This document shows, piece after piece, positions 46,580 through 56,859 of a stretch of DNA of 64,000 nt. This DNA is from Flammeovirgaceae bacterium UBA2371 (GTDB lineage: Bacteria > Bacteroidota > Bacteroidia > Cytophagales > Cyclobacteriaceae). Position 1 is the first letter of the stretch. Each line of letters begins with the position of its first letter. The notes beneath the pieces are model-generated. The model had not been told where the DNA came from. It worked only from the letters and a program-made list of their open reading frames with translations, and did not search any database. Both the position numbers and the translations under genes were made by a program. The DNA lies in NCBI GenBank assembly GCA_002345965.1, contig DDTF01000017.1, positions 106,453 to 170,452 of the forward strand, given 5' to 3'.

Positions 46580-47476
46580 TTACAAAGAAGGCCTGTTTTT
46601 AATTCCATTGCGGATGATATTGAGTACTCGATCCCTTTCTTCACCTATTAATGGAAGGCGAGGTGGCCGCACATGTTCTGATCCTATTCCTGTTTCTGCT
46701 TCAGCCAATTTAATATACTGCACCAGCTTAGCGTGAATATCCAATTCCAGTAAAGGCAGAAACCATCGGTAAATTTTTAATGCTTCATCAAGTTTACCCT
46801 CTTTCACCAATCGGTACACGGCAACTGTCTCTTTTGGAAAAGCGCAAACAAGCCCAGCTACCCATCCATGAGCACCTAAAACCAATTCTTCAAGCGCCAG
46901 GGTATCAACGCCACACAAAATCTTATAACGATCACCAAACTGGTTGATTAACCTGGTAACATTAGATACATCACGGGTAGATTCCTTTATTGCCTGGATG
47001 TTTTTATGTTGAGTTAGTTCTGCGAACATATCCAGTGTTACTTCCACTTTATAATCTACCGGGTTGTTATAGATCATGATTGGCAATGAAGTAGCGGTTG
47101 CCACCGCACTGAAAAACGCAACGGTTTCCCTGTGATCCGATTTATATCGCATGGGAGGCAACATCATCAGTCCTTTTGCTCCATTTTTTTCTGCTTGATG
47201 GGCCTGATTCACTGCTTCTGCGGTGCTGCCTTCTGCGATGTTCATCACTACAGGTACTTTTCCTCCCACTTTCTCAACTGTGAACTTCACCAGTTCAAAT
47301 TTCTCTGAATTCGTAAGCACACTCGACTCTCCCAGGGTGCCACCAAGGATAACCCCTTCTACCCCGGCTTCCAGTTGTGCATGCAGGTTTTTTTCAAAAA
47401 GCGGAAAATCCAATCGGTGATCTTGGGTGAATTTTGTAGTTAAAGCAGGAAATACCCCATTCCATTTAATGCCCAT
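46580..47476 (-). CDS. dihydrodipicolinate synthase/NAL family lyase (candidate pyrroline-4-hydroxy-2-carboxylate deaminase)
   Basis: 298 aa. Has GGTLGESSVL, IMIYNNP and AIKEST (Schiff-base Lys context). Confidence 0.8.
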   Translation of the reverse strand: MGIKWNGVFPALTTKFTQDHRLDFPLFEKNLHAQLEAGVEGVILGGTLGESSVLTNSEKFELVKFTVEKVGGKVPVVMNIAEGSTAEAVNQAHQAEKNGAKGLMMLPPMRYKSDHRETVAFFSAVATATSLPIMIYNNPVDYKVEVTLDMFAELTQHKNIQAIKESTRDVSNVTRLINQFGDRYKILCGVDTLALEELVLGAHGWVAGLVCAFPKETVAVYRLVKEGKLDEALKIYRWFLPLLELDIHAKLVQYIKLAEAETGIGSEHVRPPRLPLIGEERDRVLNIIRNGIKNRPSL

Positions 47477-47611
47477 AATTGATAATTAGTTAAATTCCGT
47501 AGCAAAGATAAGGTCATGTAGGGATGTGACCGGATACGTAAAATAATGAGTTTTAATATTATTTTGACCTAAATTCATTTATATGAGGTAAATCACTCAT
47601 CAAAATATGTT

Positions 47612-48472
47612 ATGAAAGTCGTTACATTTCAAGTTCCACATACGCGGAAGGAGGCCTTCAGAATCCAAAGGGATAGGTTACCCCACTTTTATGACAAACT
47701 GCACCAACATGTCGAAATGCAAATCATGTGGATCGAAAAAAGCGAGGGTACACTGATTGCTGGAGATTATGTAGGAAGATTCAATCCTGGAGACTTGTAC
47801 GTTATCGGCAGTAAGCAAGCACACGTTTTTAAAAATGACGCACCTTATTATGAATTGAATGAAAATCTGGAGGCCGTTTCACTTTCTGTCTTTTTTGATG
47901 AGATATACGTAGGTGAAGATTTTTGGCAATTGGAGGAAATGGAGGCCACAAGGAAGCTGGTGGAAAAAGCAGCTCGCGGGTTAAAAATAAATGGAACCAG
48001 TCAGACAGAAGTCATATCCTTGTTGAAGATCCTTCCAGATCAACTTGGAATTGAAAAACTCATTACCTTTTTTAAGATCATAAAGATTCTTTCAGAAACT
48101 ACAGAATATAGAAATCTAAGTGTAGGCGCACCTTTTGAATCGTACACCAGTCACGAGGGGAAGCGCATGGATGATATTCTTCAATTTACATTAAAAGAAA
48201 GCCACCGAAAGGTATATATAGAGGAGGTCGCCAAAGTAGCTAATCTTACAGTTGAGGCATTTTGCCGTTACTTCAAAACCCGAACTGGAAAAACCTATAC
48301 CAATTTTCTCAATGAGGTGAGGGTGAGCAATGCTTGTAGATTACTCATTGATAAAGACCTAAGCATACAAGACATTTGTTTTCAATCCGGATTCAACAAC
48401 CTATCCAACTTTAACAGGGCCTTCAAAAAAGTAACAGGAAAAACACCTTCCAGTTACCTGGGTCACCTCTAA
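47612..48472 (+). CDS. AraC family transcriptional regulator (cupin + HTH)
   Basis: 286 aa. The C-terminal double HTH is IEEVAKVANLTVEAFCRYFK and DICFQSGFNNLSNFNRAFKK. Divergent from the hydroxyproline cluster. Confidence 0.85.
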   Translation: MKVVTFQVPHTRKEAFRIQRDRLPHFYDKLHQHVEMQIMWIEKSEGTLIAGDYVGRFNPGDLYVIGSKQAHVFKNDAPYYELNENLEAVSLSVFFDEIYVGEDFWQLEEMEATRKLVEKAARGLKINGTSQTEVISLLKILPDQLGIEKLITFFKIIKILSETTEYRNLSVGAPFESYTSHEGKRMDDILQFTLKESHRKVYIEEVAKVANLTVEAFCRYFKTRTGKTYTNFLNEVRVSNACRLLIDKDLSIQDICFQSGFNNLSNFNRAFKKVTGKTPSSYLGHL

Positions 48473-49722
48473 GCACGTTTCAATGTTACAATAGTGATTT
48501 CTGGCGGAATCCCTATTCTGCCTGGATAACCCAGAAATCCAAAGCCGCGATTCACATACAGGTATTGATTGTCTTCTTTATAGAGCCCTGCCCATTGCTT
48601 ATAAATATATTGGGAAGGACTCCACTTAAAGCCGCCTATCTCAACACCAAACTGAAACCCATGCGTATGACCGGCAAACATCACATCAATGTCTTTGTAC
48701 TGCTTCCTTACCTGGGCGTCCCAATGGCTCGGGTCATGACTTAGCAATAATTTCACTGGTGCTTCTTCAGTACCTTGATAAGCCTTGTTCAATTGTCCGT
48801 ATTTTGAAAAGCGTCCTGCACCCCAATTTTCATTTCCAATAATGGCAATCCTTTCACCACCTGTTTCTAACCATCGGTGTTCGTTCATCAACAAATCAAA
48901 TCCCAACTCATTATGCGCCCGAATTAAGTCCTGGAAATTTTGCGCTTTGGCATTAGCGCTATTCCACTTATGGTAATCACCGTAGTCGTGATTTCCTGTA
49001 ACGGAGTAGACACCCATTGGCGCCCTCACTTTGTCAAAAACATCTATATAGTCTTTTACTTCATCCGATTTATTGTTCACTAAATCTCCCGTAAAAAAGA
49101 TTGCATCAGGTTTTTCTTTTAGCAACATTTCCACGCCTCCTTTAACAGCTGTCTTATTGAAGAAGCTTCCGGAGTGTATGTCTGACAATTGGCCGATGGT
49201 TAATCCATCAAAAGCTTTGGGAAGATTAGGAAGCGCCACTGTCAGCCTTTTAACCCTGTAATCATGTGCTCCCGAGATGATCCCGTAAGTGAAAGCGCCA
49301 AAAGGGACTGTAGCAGCTACCAAAGCAGCCTGAGAAAGGAACTCAGATCTTGGAATAGGCGTACCGGGTAAACCTGCAGGTTTACTACTACTAAATAGTG
49401 AAGCAACATACCGCACGCCACGTTGCAGGTCTTCAGCAAATAGAAAGAGCACAGCAAATATTTTTGAAAAATACACTGTAAAGAGCCCGGTGATTACCCA
49501 ATTGCGCAAAGTAGCGCTATAAACATAGGGATTATAAAAAGCCCACCAGATCAAAGCTGCGATGCTAAGCAGCGTGGGAACCCAGAAGGAATAGCGAAAG
49601 ACTGTCTTCCAAGTCTCGGTCCAGTTTTTACTTACCAGTAATACGGCCTGAAAAACGTAGTAATCAATCGCCAAAAAAAGCAATGCGAAAATAAAGACCA
49701 TAAATAGTTTTTGTGCTTTCAT
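48469..49722 (-). CDS. membrane-anchored metallophosphoesterase
   Basis: 417 aa. N-terminal TM helices, then SDIHSG, GDLVN, GNHDY and GHTHG calcineurin-like motifs. Confidence 0.8.
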   Translation of the reverse strand: MKAQKLFMVFIFALLFLAIDYYVFQAVLLVSKNWTETWKTVFRYSFWVPTLLSIAALIWWAFYNPYVYSATLRNWVITGLFTVYFSKIFAVLFLFAEDLQRGVRYVASLFSSSKPAGLPGTPIPRSEFLSQAALVAATVPFGAFTYGIISGAHDYRVKRLTVALPNLPKAFDGLTIGQLSDIHSGSFFNKTAVKGGVEMLLKEKPDAIFFTGDLVNNKSDEVKDYIDVFDKVRAPMGVYSVTGNHDYGDYHKWNSANAKAQNFQDLIRAHNELGFDLLMNEHRWLETGGERIAIIGNENWGAGRFSKYGQLNKAYQGTEEAPVKLLLSHDPSHWDAQVRKQYKDIDVMFAGHTHGFQFGVEIGGFKWSPSQYIYKQWAGLYKEDNQYLYVNRGFGFLGYPGRIGIPPEITIVTLKRA

Positions 49723-49723
49723 T

Positions 49724-49764
49724 TAAAAAAAGACCGCATCTCTGATGTGAACAAAGATGCGGTC
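49724..49764 (-). terminator. intrinsic terminator after the RND efflux operon
   Basis: GACCGCATCT (49732-49741) pairs with AGATGCGGTC (49755-49764). On the minus strand it is followed by a T7 run (plus-strand AAAAAAA at 49724-49730). Confidence 0.6.
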
Positions 49765-49786
49765 ATAATGGTTTTCGAATTCAAGA

Positions 49787-52700
49787 TTAACTAATACCCA
49801 ACCTTCTGTTCACTTTCTCTACCAACAGGTACATGGCAGGTACTACTACCAGCGTAAGGAAGGTTGCAAACGTAAGTCCATAGATGATTGTCCAGGATAA
49901 AGGTCCCCAGAACATCACGCTATCGCCCCCAATGTAGAAGTCTGCATCATAGGTTTGGAAAAACTTGATAAAATCGATGTTGATACCCACTGCCAATGGA
50001 ATCAGTCCCAACACGGTAGTAATGGCAGTCAACAACACAGGACGCAGACGTGTTTTACCTGCTTCAGCAATGGCTTTTATTACCTGATCCATTGGCAAGC
50101 GCTCCACTCCCATCTCTTCCCTCATTCTCTTTTTCTTCAACTCGATAAAGTCAATCAACACGATGGCATTGTTTACTACCACACCTGCCAGGGAGATAAT
50201 TCCAATCATGGTCATAATCACCACAAAGTCCATTCGGAATATCAGCAAACCAAGGAACACACCTATGGTACTGAATACAACCGATGTCATGATAATTAAA
50301 GGCGCTGTAATTTTATTGAACTGCGCTACAATGATGAGAAAGATTAGGAATACGGCCAGCAACAAAGCACCGCCCAAAAAGCTGAACTCTTCTGCTTGTT
50401 TTTCCTGTTCCCCACCAAATTTAAAGGCATATCCTGGAGGCATTTTAAAGTCAACCAACAATAGTTTTATCTGATCATTGATTTCCGTTGCATTGTATCC
50501 ACTCAATACGTTTGAAGTGATTGTGATCATGCGCTTTAAATCTTTTCTCTTTACGGAACCATAAGTAGAAGTAAGCTCGGCTTTGGCTACAGACGAAATA
50601 GGAACTTGAGCAATTCTGCCGCTTGTCTGATCACGGAAAGTGATGCTCTTATTCATCAAAGCATCTATATCATAACGATACTTATCATCCAGGCGCAACT
50701 GTATCTTATAATCGTCCTCACCTTGTTTGTACTTTGAAATTTCTTTTCCAAAAAGAGAAGTACGCACTTCGTTGGCTACCGAATAAGTTGACAAACCAAA
50801 TCTTCTCGCCTTTTCACGATCTATGTTTACAATCAGCTCAGGTTTACCCGTCTCCAAATCAGTTTTGAGTTTTTCAATACCCGGTATTCCAGATTCATTG
50901 ATGGTCTTTTTCATGTCTTCCGCCACTTTGGTAAGTGTCAGATAGTCATCTCCTGAAAGCTCAATCTGGATGGGCTTTCCTGTAGGCGGACCATCCGCAT
51001 TCTTATCGACAGTCACAGTTACACCAGGATATCCTTGAATGCCATTGCGTACTTCATCCAGAATGGTATTGGTATCAATACCATCGCGGTATTTAAAATC
51101 GACAAAGTTAACGGTAATCCGGGCCTTGTTAGGTGTGTCTGCCTGACCGATGTTGGATGGATCGTTGGGATCGCCAGTACCTTGCCCTACGTTTCCAATT
51201 ACCGATTCAACAATTTTATCATAAGGTTTTACCAATTCAATCACTTTGTCTTCTATCATGCGGGTAAACCTGTCAGTTTCCTCAATGTCGGTGCCGACAG
51301 GGTACTCAATAAAGACGTTGATGTACTTTGGCACATTGACGGGGAAGTAGAGCACCTTAGGGGGAAATACAACCATCAACGCAATTGAAATGAATAACAA
51401 AGCTACAGCACCACCAAAAAACCTGCGTGGGTTCTTTCCTCTAAGTGCAAACTCAACCAGTCTGGAGTAACTTGATTCAAGCCTTGGCAAGTAGCTGTGC
51501 TGGAACTTGTGCGATGCTGGTACAAAAACATACACATTCAATAAGGTAAGCAAAGCCAGGGCAATGAATATATTGCCAATCCAATATACCTGCAAGAGGA
51601 TTATCAAAGCGCCCAAGCCAATGTAAATGGCTACACGCTTCCACATTTTCTTTTTGTCAATAACAGAGTCGCTTTCATGCTTCATCGAGATGGAAGCAAT
51701 CACTGGCACAATCACCAATCCTACAAACAAGGAGGAGGACAACACTACTATCAATGTGATCGGAAGGTACTTCATGAACTCTCCCATAATTCCCGGCCAC
51801 ATGGCCAAAGGTAAAAAGGCTGCCAGTGTAGTTGCAGTAGAGGCGATAATTGGCCAGGCAATTTCGCCAACACCCAATTTTGCTGCACTCAACAAGTCAT
51901 AACCTTCTTCATAAAGTCGATACACGTTCTCTACTACCACAATTCCATTATCCACCAACATACCAAGTGCCATGATCATACCGAACAATACCATCATGTT
52001 GATGGTATAACCCATCGCACCCAACACCAAAAATGACAACAGCATCGATAATGGAATGGCGATACCTACAAACAAGGCATTGCGTGTACCCAGGAACAAC
52101 ATTAAAACGCCAACCACCACAATCACACCGGAGATGATGTTATTCTCCAAACTGCTTACCATTTCTTTGGTAAATGACGATTGATCATTGGTAATGCTTA
52201 TGTTAAGGTCAGCTGGAAAAACTTCCGCCTTTGCCTTGGCAAGTACTGCATTTACCTTGTCAGTGGCATTCAACAGGTTTTGGCCACTTCGCTTAATTAC
52301 GTCTACCATCACCACAGGCTTTTTCGCAAGACGAGCATAGCTTTTCGTTTCCACATAATCAAACTCAATGGTGGCCACATCTCTCAGGTAAACGATGTTG
52401 CCCTTCTCATGCTTCACAATTACATCCTGCAGCTGCTTGGGATTGGTGAACTCACCGACCACACGCAACGTTCTACGAATGCCGTCATCCAAAATATTAC
52501 CACCAGAAAGCGTCACGTTTTCAGCTTTAATGGCGTTTTCAATATCAGAAAAATTCAGTTTGCGAGCTTCCAGATCGTAAGGATCGACTTTGATCTTTAC
52601 TTCCTTCTCATCCACTCCCCTGATTTCTACTTTCGAAATTTCAGTGATGCCTTCAATTTCATCTTCAAGGTATTCTGCATAGTCTTTGAGTTGCTCTAAA

Positions 52701-53185
52701 GAATAGTTACCTGACAGGTTAATGTTCAAAATAGGAAACTCTGAAAAGTTAAGTTCGAATACATTTGGATCACTGGGAAGGTCATCAGGCAGCTCTGGCT
52801 TCGCGCGGTCAACGGCATCTTTTACCTTGGTAAGCGCATCTTCCACCTTGGTATCTGTGTTGAACTCTACGATGATGGTTGAGTAATCCTGAACTGAGGT
52901 GGATTTAATGTTATCCACTTCTGAGATCGTGTTGATTTCTTTTTCAATCTCCCTAGTCACCAGGTTCTCCATGTCTATGGGAGAGTTACCAGGATAGGGC
53001 GTGCCGATATAAACTATAGGCTGCTTAATTTCAGGATAACTGTCCTTGGGCAAGTTGATGTAGGTTAAGATACCCATCACTGCGATAAGAAAAGCCAGAA
53101 ACCCAACGGTTGTTCGATTGGTTATCGCGAGGGTGGTCAACCCAAATTCCTTATCAACTTTAAAATCTTTCTTGTTATCACTCAT
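49787..53185 (-). CDS. RND efflux transporter permease (AcrB/CzcA superfamily)
   Basis: 1132 aa with the 12-TM, two-large-loop RND architecture. Confidence 0.93.
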   Translation of the reverse strand: MSDNKKDFKVDKEFGLTTLAITNRTTVGFLAFLIAVMGILTYINLPKDSYPEIKQPIVYIGTPYPGNSPIDMENLVTREIEKEINTISEVDNIKSTSVQDYSTIIVEFNTDTKVEDALTKVKDAVDRAKPELPDDLPSDPNVFELNFSEFPILNINLSGNYSLEQLKDYAEYLEDEIEGITEISKVEIRGVDEKEVKIKVDPYDLEARKLNFSDIENAIKAENVTLSGGNILDDGIRRTLRVVGEFTNPKQLQDVIVKHEKGNIVYLRDVATIEFDYVETKSYARLAKKPVVMVDVIKRSGQNLLNATDKVNAVLAKAKAEVFPADLNISITNDQSSFTKEMVSSLENNIISGVIVVVGVLMLFLGTRNALFVGIAIPLSMLLSFLVLGAMGYTINMMVLFGMIMALGMLVDNGIVVVENVYRLYEEGYDLLSAAKLGVGEIAWPIIASTATTLAAFLPLAMWPGIMGEFMKYLPITLIVVLSSSLFVGLVIVPVIASISMKHESDSVIDKKKMWKRVAIYIGLGALIILLQVYWIGNIFIALALLTLLNVYVFVPASHKFQHSYLPRLESSYSRLVEFALRGKNPRRFFGGAVALLFISIALMVVFPPKVLYFPVNVPKYINVFIEYPVGTDIEETDRFTRMIEDKVIELVKPYDKIVESVIGNVGQGTGDPNDPSNIGQADTPNKARITVNFVDFKYRDGIDTNTILDEVRNGIQGYPGVTVTVDKNADGPPTGKPIQIELSGDDYLTLTKVAEDMKKTINESGIPGIEKLKTDLETGKPELIVNIDREKARRFGLSTYSVANEVRTSLFGKEISKYKQGEDDYKIQLRLDDKYRYDIDALMNKSITFRDQTSGRIAQVPISSVAKAELTSTYGSVKRKDLKRMITITSNVLSGYNATEINDQIKLLLVDFKMPPGYAFKFGGEQEKQAEEFSFLGGALLLAVFLIFLIIVAQFNKITAPLIIMTSVVFSTIGVFLGLLIFRMDFVVIMTMIGIISLAGVVVNNAIVLIDFIELKKKRMREEMGVERLPMDQVIKAIAEAGKTRLRPVLLTAITTVLGLIPLAVGINIDFIKFFQTYDADFYIGGDSVMFWGPLSWTIIYGLTFATFLTLVVVPAMYLLVEKVNRRLGIS

Positions 53186-53211
53186 AAAAATATCTGCATG
53201 AGGTGGTTCAA

Positions 53212-54405
53212 TTATTTCTTTGCTACTGCAGGTAAGACTGCCTTATCCGCAATCATTACCTCCACGCCTTCTGTTAGATCGCGAAAGCCCTGATCTACAA
53301 TGCGCTCATCACCTTTCAGTCCCTCCAGTATCTCCGTCTGATTTGCAGACGATATACCGGCCGAAACGTGAATCTTTCTGGCAATGGTTCCACTTTCTCT
53401 CTTTTCTACGATGTAGATAAACTGACCGTCTTCATCTTGCTGAATCAAACGAGTAGGTACTGCAAAAGCATTTTCATTAACGTAATCGCGAAGTTGTAAT
53501 ATCACCACTTGATTGGGTTTTACAACAAAGTCGACTTTAGGCAATTTGATTTCAACTTCAAATGTTCTGTTCTCCTCGTTGATTACCTGTCCTACCGAAG
53601 AGATCACAGAAGACAAGGTTTTATTGACCAAGGGAAATAAAATATCGACTTTGTCACCAGCACTAAAGCGACCAATGAATCTTTCTGACACATCAGTTTT
53701 TAAATACATTTGCTCTGTGCTTACAATTCGAACCAACGGAACACCTGGGCTGGCCATTTCTCCTACTCGCGCAGGCAGTTGATCCACAGTTCCCGAAAAG
53801 GGAGCCTTGATCATTGCCAGATTCAATTGCGCATAGGCGGTAGAAAGTTTTCCTTCTAACGACTCCTTATTGTTCTTTGCTTGCAGGTATTGTACTTCTG
53901 TTCCTATTTTTTTCGCCCACAGTTGGGATTGCTTTTCATAAACAGTAGTTGCCAGCTCAAGTCCGGTTTTCAGTTCAGCAATGGATTTGCGTATTACTTC
54001 TGCATCCAGCTCTATCAAGGTTTGACCCTGACTCACTTTTTGCCCTTCAATTACGTTGATCTTCTTGATCTCGCCACCAATCTGGGCACTCAGATACACA
54101 TTGCGCCTGGACTCAACCGCACCCCTTACTTCCACTTTGTGCTCAAAAGGTTTTTTTTCTGCGATGAACGTAGAAACTAAAATTGCTTTAGTGTTTTGAC
54201 GCGCAAATTCAGGATCCAGTAGACTGATCTCTTTTTCAAGTTCAGTAATTTTTCCTTTTACTTCCTGAAGTTGTGTTCGTGCTTTATCCAGCTCTGCCTT
54301 CTTGGCTTCCAGATTCTTATCTCCTTCTGATCCGCCACATGCCGCAGCGACTAAAAGAATTGCAGGGTATATATATTTCGTCTTCATGTATTGTGAGTAT
54401 TTCAT
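53212..54405 (-). CDS. RND efflux periplasmic adaptor (membrane fusion protein)
   Basis: 397 aa. Lipoprotein-like N-terminus (LVAAACGG), a coiled-coil hairpin, and lipoyl/beta-barrel segments. Confidence 0.88.
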   Translation of the reverse strand: MKYSQYMKTKYIYPAILLVAAACGGSEGDKNLEAKKAELDKARTQLQEVKGKITELEKEISLLDPEFARQNTKAILVSTFIAEKKPFEHKVEVRGAVESRRNVYLSAQIGGEIKKINVIEGQKVSQGQTLIELDAEVIRKSIAELKTGLELATTVYEKQSQLWAKKIGTEVQYLQAKNNKESLEGKLSTAYAQLNLAMIKAPFSGTVDQLPARVGEMASPGVPLVRIVSTEQMYLKTDVSERFIGRFSAGDKVDILFPLVNKTLSSVISSVGQVINEENRTFEVEIKLPKVDFVVKPNQVVILQLRDYVNENAFAVPTRLIQQDEDGQFIYIVEKRESGTIARKIHVSAGISSANQTEILEGLKGDERIVDQGFRDLTEGVEVMIADKAVLPAVAKK

Positions 54406-55745
54406 TTCTTGTCTAATAATTTTCCGTAAGCCTTTTCTAAATCTACTTTAGCAACAAGGGCATTGTAAACTGCACTGTGGTAATTGGTTTGGGCCTCTTT
54501 ATAGGAGCTATCTGCATTGATCACGTCTGTGTTTGATCCAACGCCAGCCTCATATTTGATTTTGGTCACGTTATACACATTCTCCGCCAACTCCATGTTC
54601 TCCCTTTGTGCAATCATATTATCAATATTCTTCTTTAGGTTAGTTGTTGCCCGCTGAATTTCAACATCGATATTTTTCTGCAACTGGTCCTGACTGATTT
54701 CAATTTGCTGTAATTGTAGTCTTTTCTGTTGTATCTGCCTGCTCTTCCTCAAGCCATCAAAAATTGGAACATTCAATCTCATGCCCACTACGCCTAATCC
54801 AAACCAACGATCACCAAAAGCCATTAGATCAGAGAAAGACCCTGCTCCGGTGCTTGCCCCATACCGGCCATACAAGTCTATCTTAGGCAGATATCGAACC
54901 TGAGTGTTCTTGATATCAAGACTTACTAAATCAAAGTTGGTTTGTAGTGTAGAGAATTCAATGCGATCGTTATAATTGAATCCAGCACCATAGTCAGGCT
55001 CCAAAACTTCAAATTGAATATCACTTATTCTATCTTTCAATTCCAATGGCGCATTGATATCCATACCCATTTGAAATTTTAACAAAGCATAGCTCAACTC
55101 TAATGTCTTTTCAAAATTTTCCTTCTCTACTTTTATATTGTTGAATTGAACTAAAATTCTGTCTACATCAATCTGCTCGGCAAATCCTGCCTCCAACATT
55201 GCTCTTGTATCCTGAAGTAAGGTATCCAACCGACTGTAGCTTTTGTCAATTAACTCGCGTTGATCATGGTTGACAAGGGCCAGGTAATAGGCTTTTGAAA
55301 CCGCCTCTATCACATCTATTTCAGATTTAATCTTATCTTTTCTGGAAAGGTCAGTATAGGTTCGTGAGGCTTTCAGGCCAACAAAATAGGATCCGTCAAA
55401 AATCATTTGACTAAGGTCTATTCCTGCACTGCCATTGTAAGCTGGAGAAAATTGAACAGGCGAAAACGTACCTGGTTCTCCACCAAAAAATTCGGCTGGA
55501 ATAAATGAGGTGGGTACCTTGAAATTATATCCAAGATCTGCATTGGCACTCAATTGCGGCAAACCATCTGCAAGTATCTCGCCCACCCGGTAACGCGAAA
55601 TATCTAAACTCAATTGAGCATTCTTAACATTTTGATTATTCTCTATCGCATAAGTAATACACTCTTGCAAAGACATAACAGTTGTTTGCGCTGTGGCAGC
55701 CCAACTGGTAAGAATAAAAAATGGTATAAGATATAATCGTGTCAT
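54402..55745 (-). CDS. TolC-family outer membrane efflux protein
   Basis: 447 aa. Signal peptide and two tandem OEP repeats. ATGA overlaps with both neighbours. Confidence 0.85.
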   Translation of the reverse strand: MTRLYLIPFFILTSWAATAQTTVMSLQECITYAIENNQNVKNAQLSLDISRYRVGEILADGLPQLSANADLGYNFKVPTSFIPAEFFGGEPGTFSPVQFSPAYNGSAGIDLSQMIFDGSYFVGLKASRTYTDLSRKDKIKSEIDVIEAVSKAYYLALVNHDQRELIDKSYSRLDTLLQDTRAMLEAGFAEQIDVDRILVQFNNIKVEKENFEKTLELSYALLKFQMGMDINAPLELKDRISDIQFEVLEPDYGAGFNYNDRIEFSTLQTNFDLVSLDIKNTQVRYLPKIDLYGRYGASTGAGSFSDLMAFGDRWFGLGVVGMRLNVPIFDGLRKSRQIQQKRLQLQQIEISQDQLQKNIDVEIQRATTNLKKNIDNMIAQRENMELAENVYNVTKIKYEAGVGSNTDVINADSSYKEAQTNYHSAVYNALVAKVDLEKAYGKLLDKK

Positions 55746-56416
55746 AATTGTGTGGAATTTTCCTTTGCTATCAATTTCTTCTTGTGCTTTTCATATAGCT
55801 TTTTCCCCTTTTCGGTAAAAAGTCCATAGATAAAATGTTCAAATAGCTGCATCTGCACATCAGCCAGGGCAAACTTCTCTGAAGGATACAATGCAGGGTC
55901 AAACGCAATCTGGATGGTCTCCATCCGCATGATCGCAATTATCTCTGTATTCAGTTCTGGTCTGAAGGTGCCTTCTAATTTTCCCTGATCAATGGAACGC
56001 TCAATTCGCTTTTTGATATAGTTGGTCTTGTGGTCAACCCACAAATTCCAGGCTTGGTGATGGTATTTCTGCAGGTCAAAAAGCAGCGATGGATTCATGT
56101 TGCGCAAATTTTCACGCAAGCAGGAAGACATCATAACTATTTCTTCTATGGCATCCTTTGCTTTGCTCGCTACCGCATTCATATCGGCTATGTCCCTGGT
56201 AATGTGAGCTTCAGCGACAGAATAGACCATCTCATCCTTATCCTTAAAATACTGGTACAAAGTTTTTTTGGAGGCCCCTATATGGCTGGAAATGTTATCC
56301 ATGGAAACACTCCTTATGCCATAGCGCATGAAAAGCTCCTCCGCACCCTTTAAAATCTTACTTTTTGTGTCTGTCACTTCCATAATGGGCCGCAAAACTA
56401 CGGAAACTTTAAACAT
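55742..56416 (-). CDS. TetR/AcrR family transcriptional regulator
   Basis: Has the N-terminal HTH ILKGAEELFMRYGIRSVSMDNISSHIGASKKTLYQYFKDKDEM. The real start may be the MEVTDTK Met at 56383. Confidence 0.85.
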   Translation of the reverse strand: MFKVSVVLRPIMEVTDTKSKILKGAEELFMRYGIRSVSMDNISSHIGASKKTLYQYFKDKDEMVYSVAEAHITRDIADMNAVASKAKDAIEEIVMMSSCLRENLRNMNPSLLFDLQKYHHQAWNLWVDHKTNYIKKRIERSIDQGKLEGTFRPELNTEIIAIMRMETIQIAFDPALYPSEKFALADVQMQLFEHFIYGLFTEKGKKLYEKHKKKLIAKENSTQL

Positions 56417-56510
56417 ATTAAAAGTTTCCTTGGTTTTCTGTGGCTAATAACGAAGCGCTGAAAAGAAGGTTTATTGTTTGTTAATATTTTTTAGAAAAAT
56501 TTGTAAAATC

Positions 56511-56843
56511 CTACTGCTCTGTGTTCTTGACTGGCTCCGTGGCACTTCCCCATCCACACTTGTTTTTCATTTTTTGACGGAAAAGTGCTTTCTCCTCGTC
56601 TGTCATACCGCTCCACTTCTGCTTCCAATAGTTGCTTTTACCCGCGCTGTGCCGTTTACTCAATGGCCACAACAAAATCTTAGAGAGCAGCAAAAGGCCC
56701 AATGCCTGCCAAAAAGTAATCAGCGGCCCCGCAAACAATACTGGCACCAACCAATTCCACAACACTTGCGTAATTAAACCAACGATGCTTATTCCCAGTA
56801 TCCCCAGCAGCACCATTTTCAAAATCCAACTTCCTCGTTTCAT
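56511..56843 (-). CDS. small 2-3 TM membrane protein with basic Trp/Lys-rich tail, co-oriented 16 nt after the ECF sigma gene
   Basis: 110-aa ORF. Hydrophobic N-terminal two thirds, then KRHSAGKSNYWKQKWSGMTDEEKALFRQKMKNKCGWGS. I recognise no anti-sigma domain. Confidence 0.5.
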   Translation of the reverse strand: MKRGSWILKMVLLGILGISIVGLITQVLWNWLVPVLFAGPLITFWQALGLLLLSKILLWPLSKRHSAGKSNYWKQKWSGMTDEEKALFRQKMKNKCGWGSATEPVKNTEQ

Positions 56844-56859
56844 ATCATTATTATTAAGT

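Noticed and set aside
52181-52699. 172-aa + strand ORF (and several other 60-120-aa ORFs) inside the RND pump gene
   Set aside because: These are shadow ORFs antisense to a 1132-aa RND transporter.
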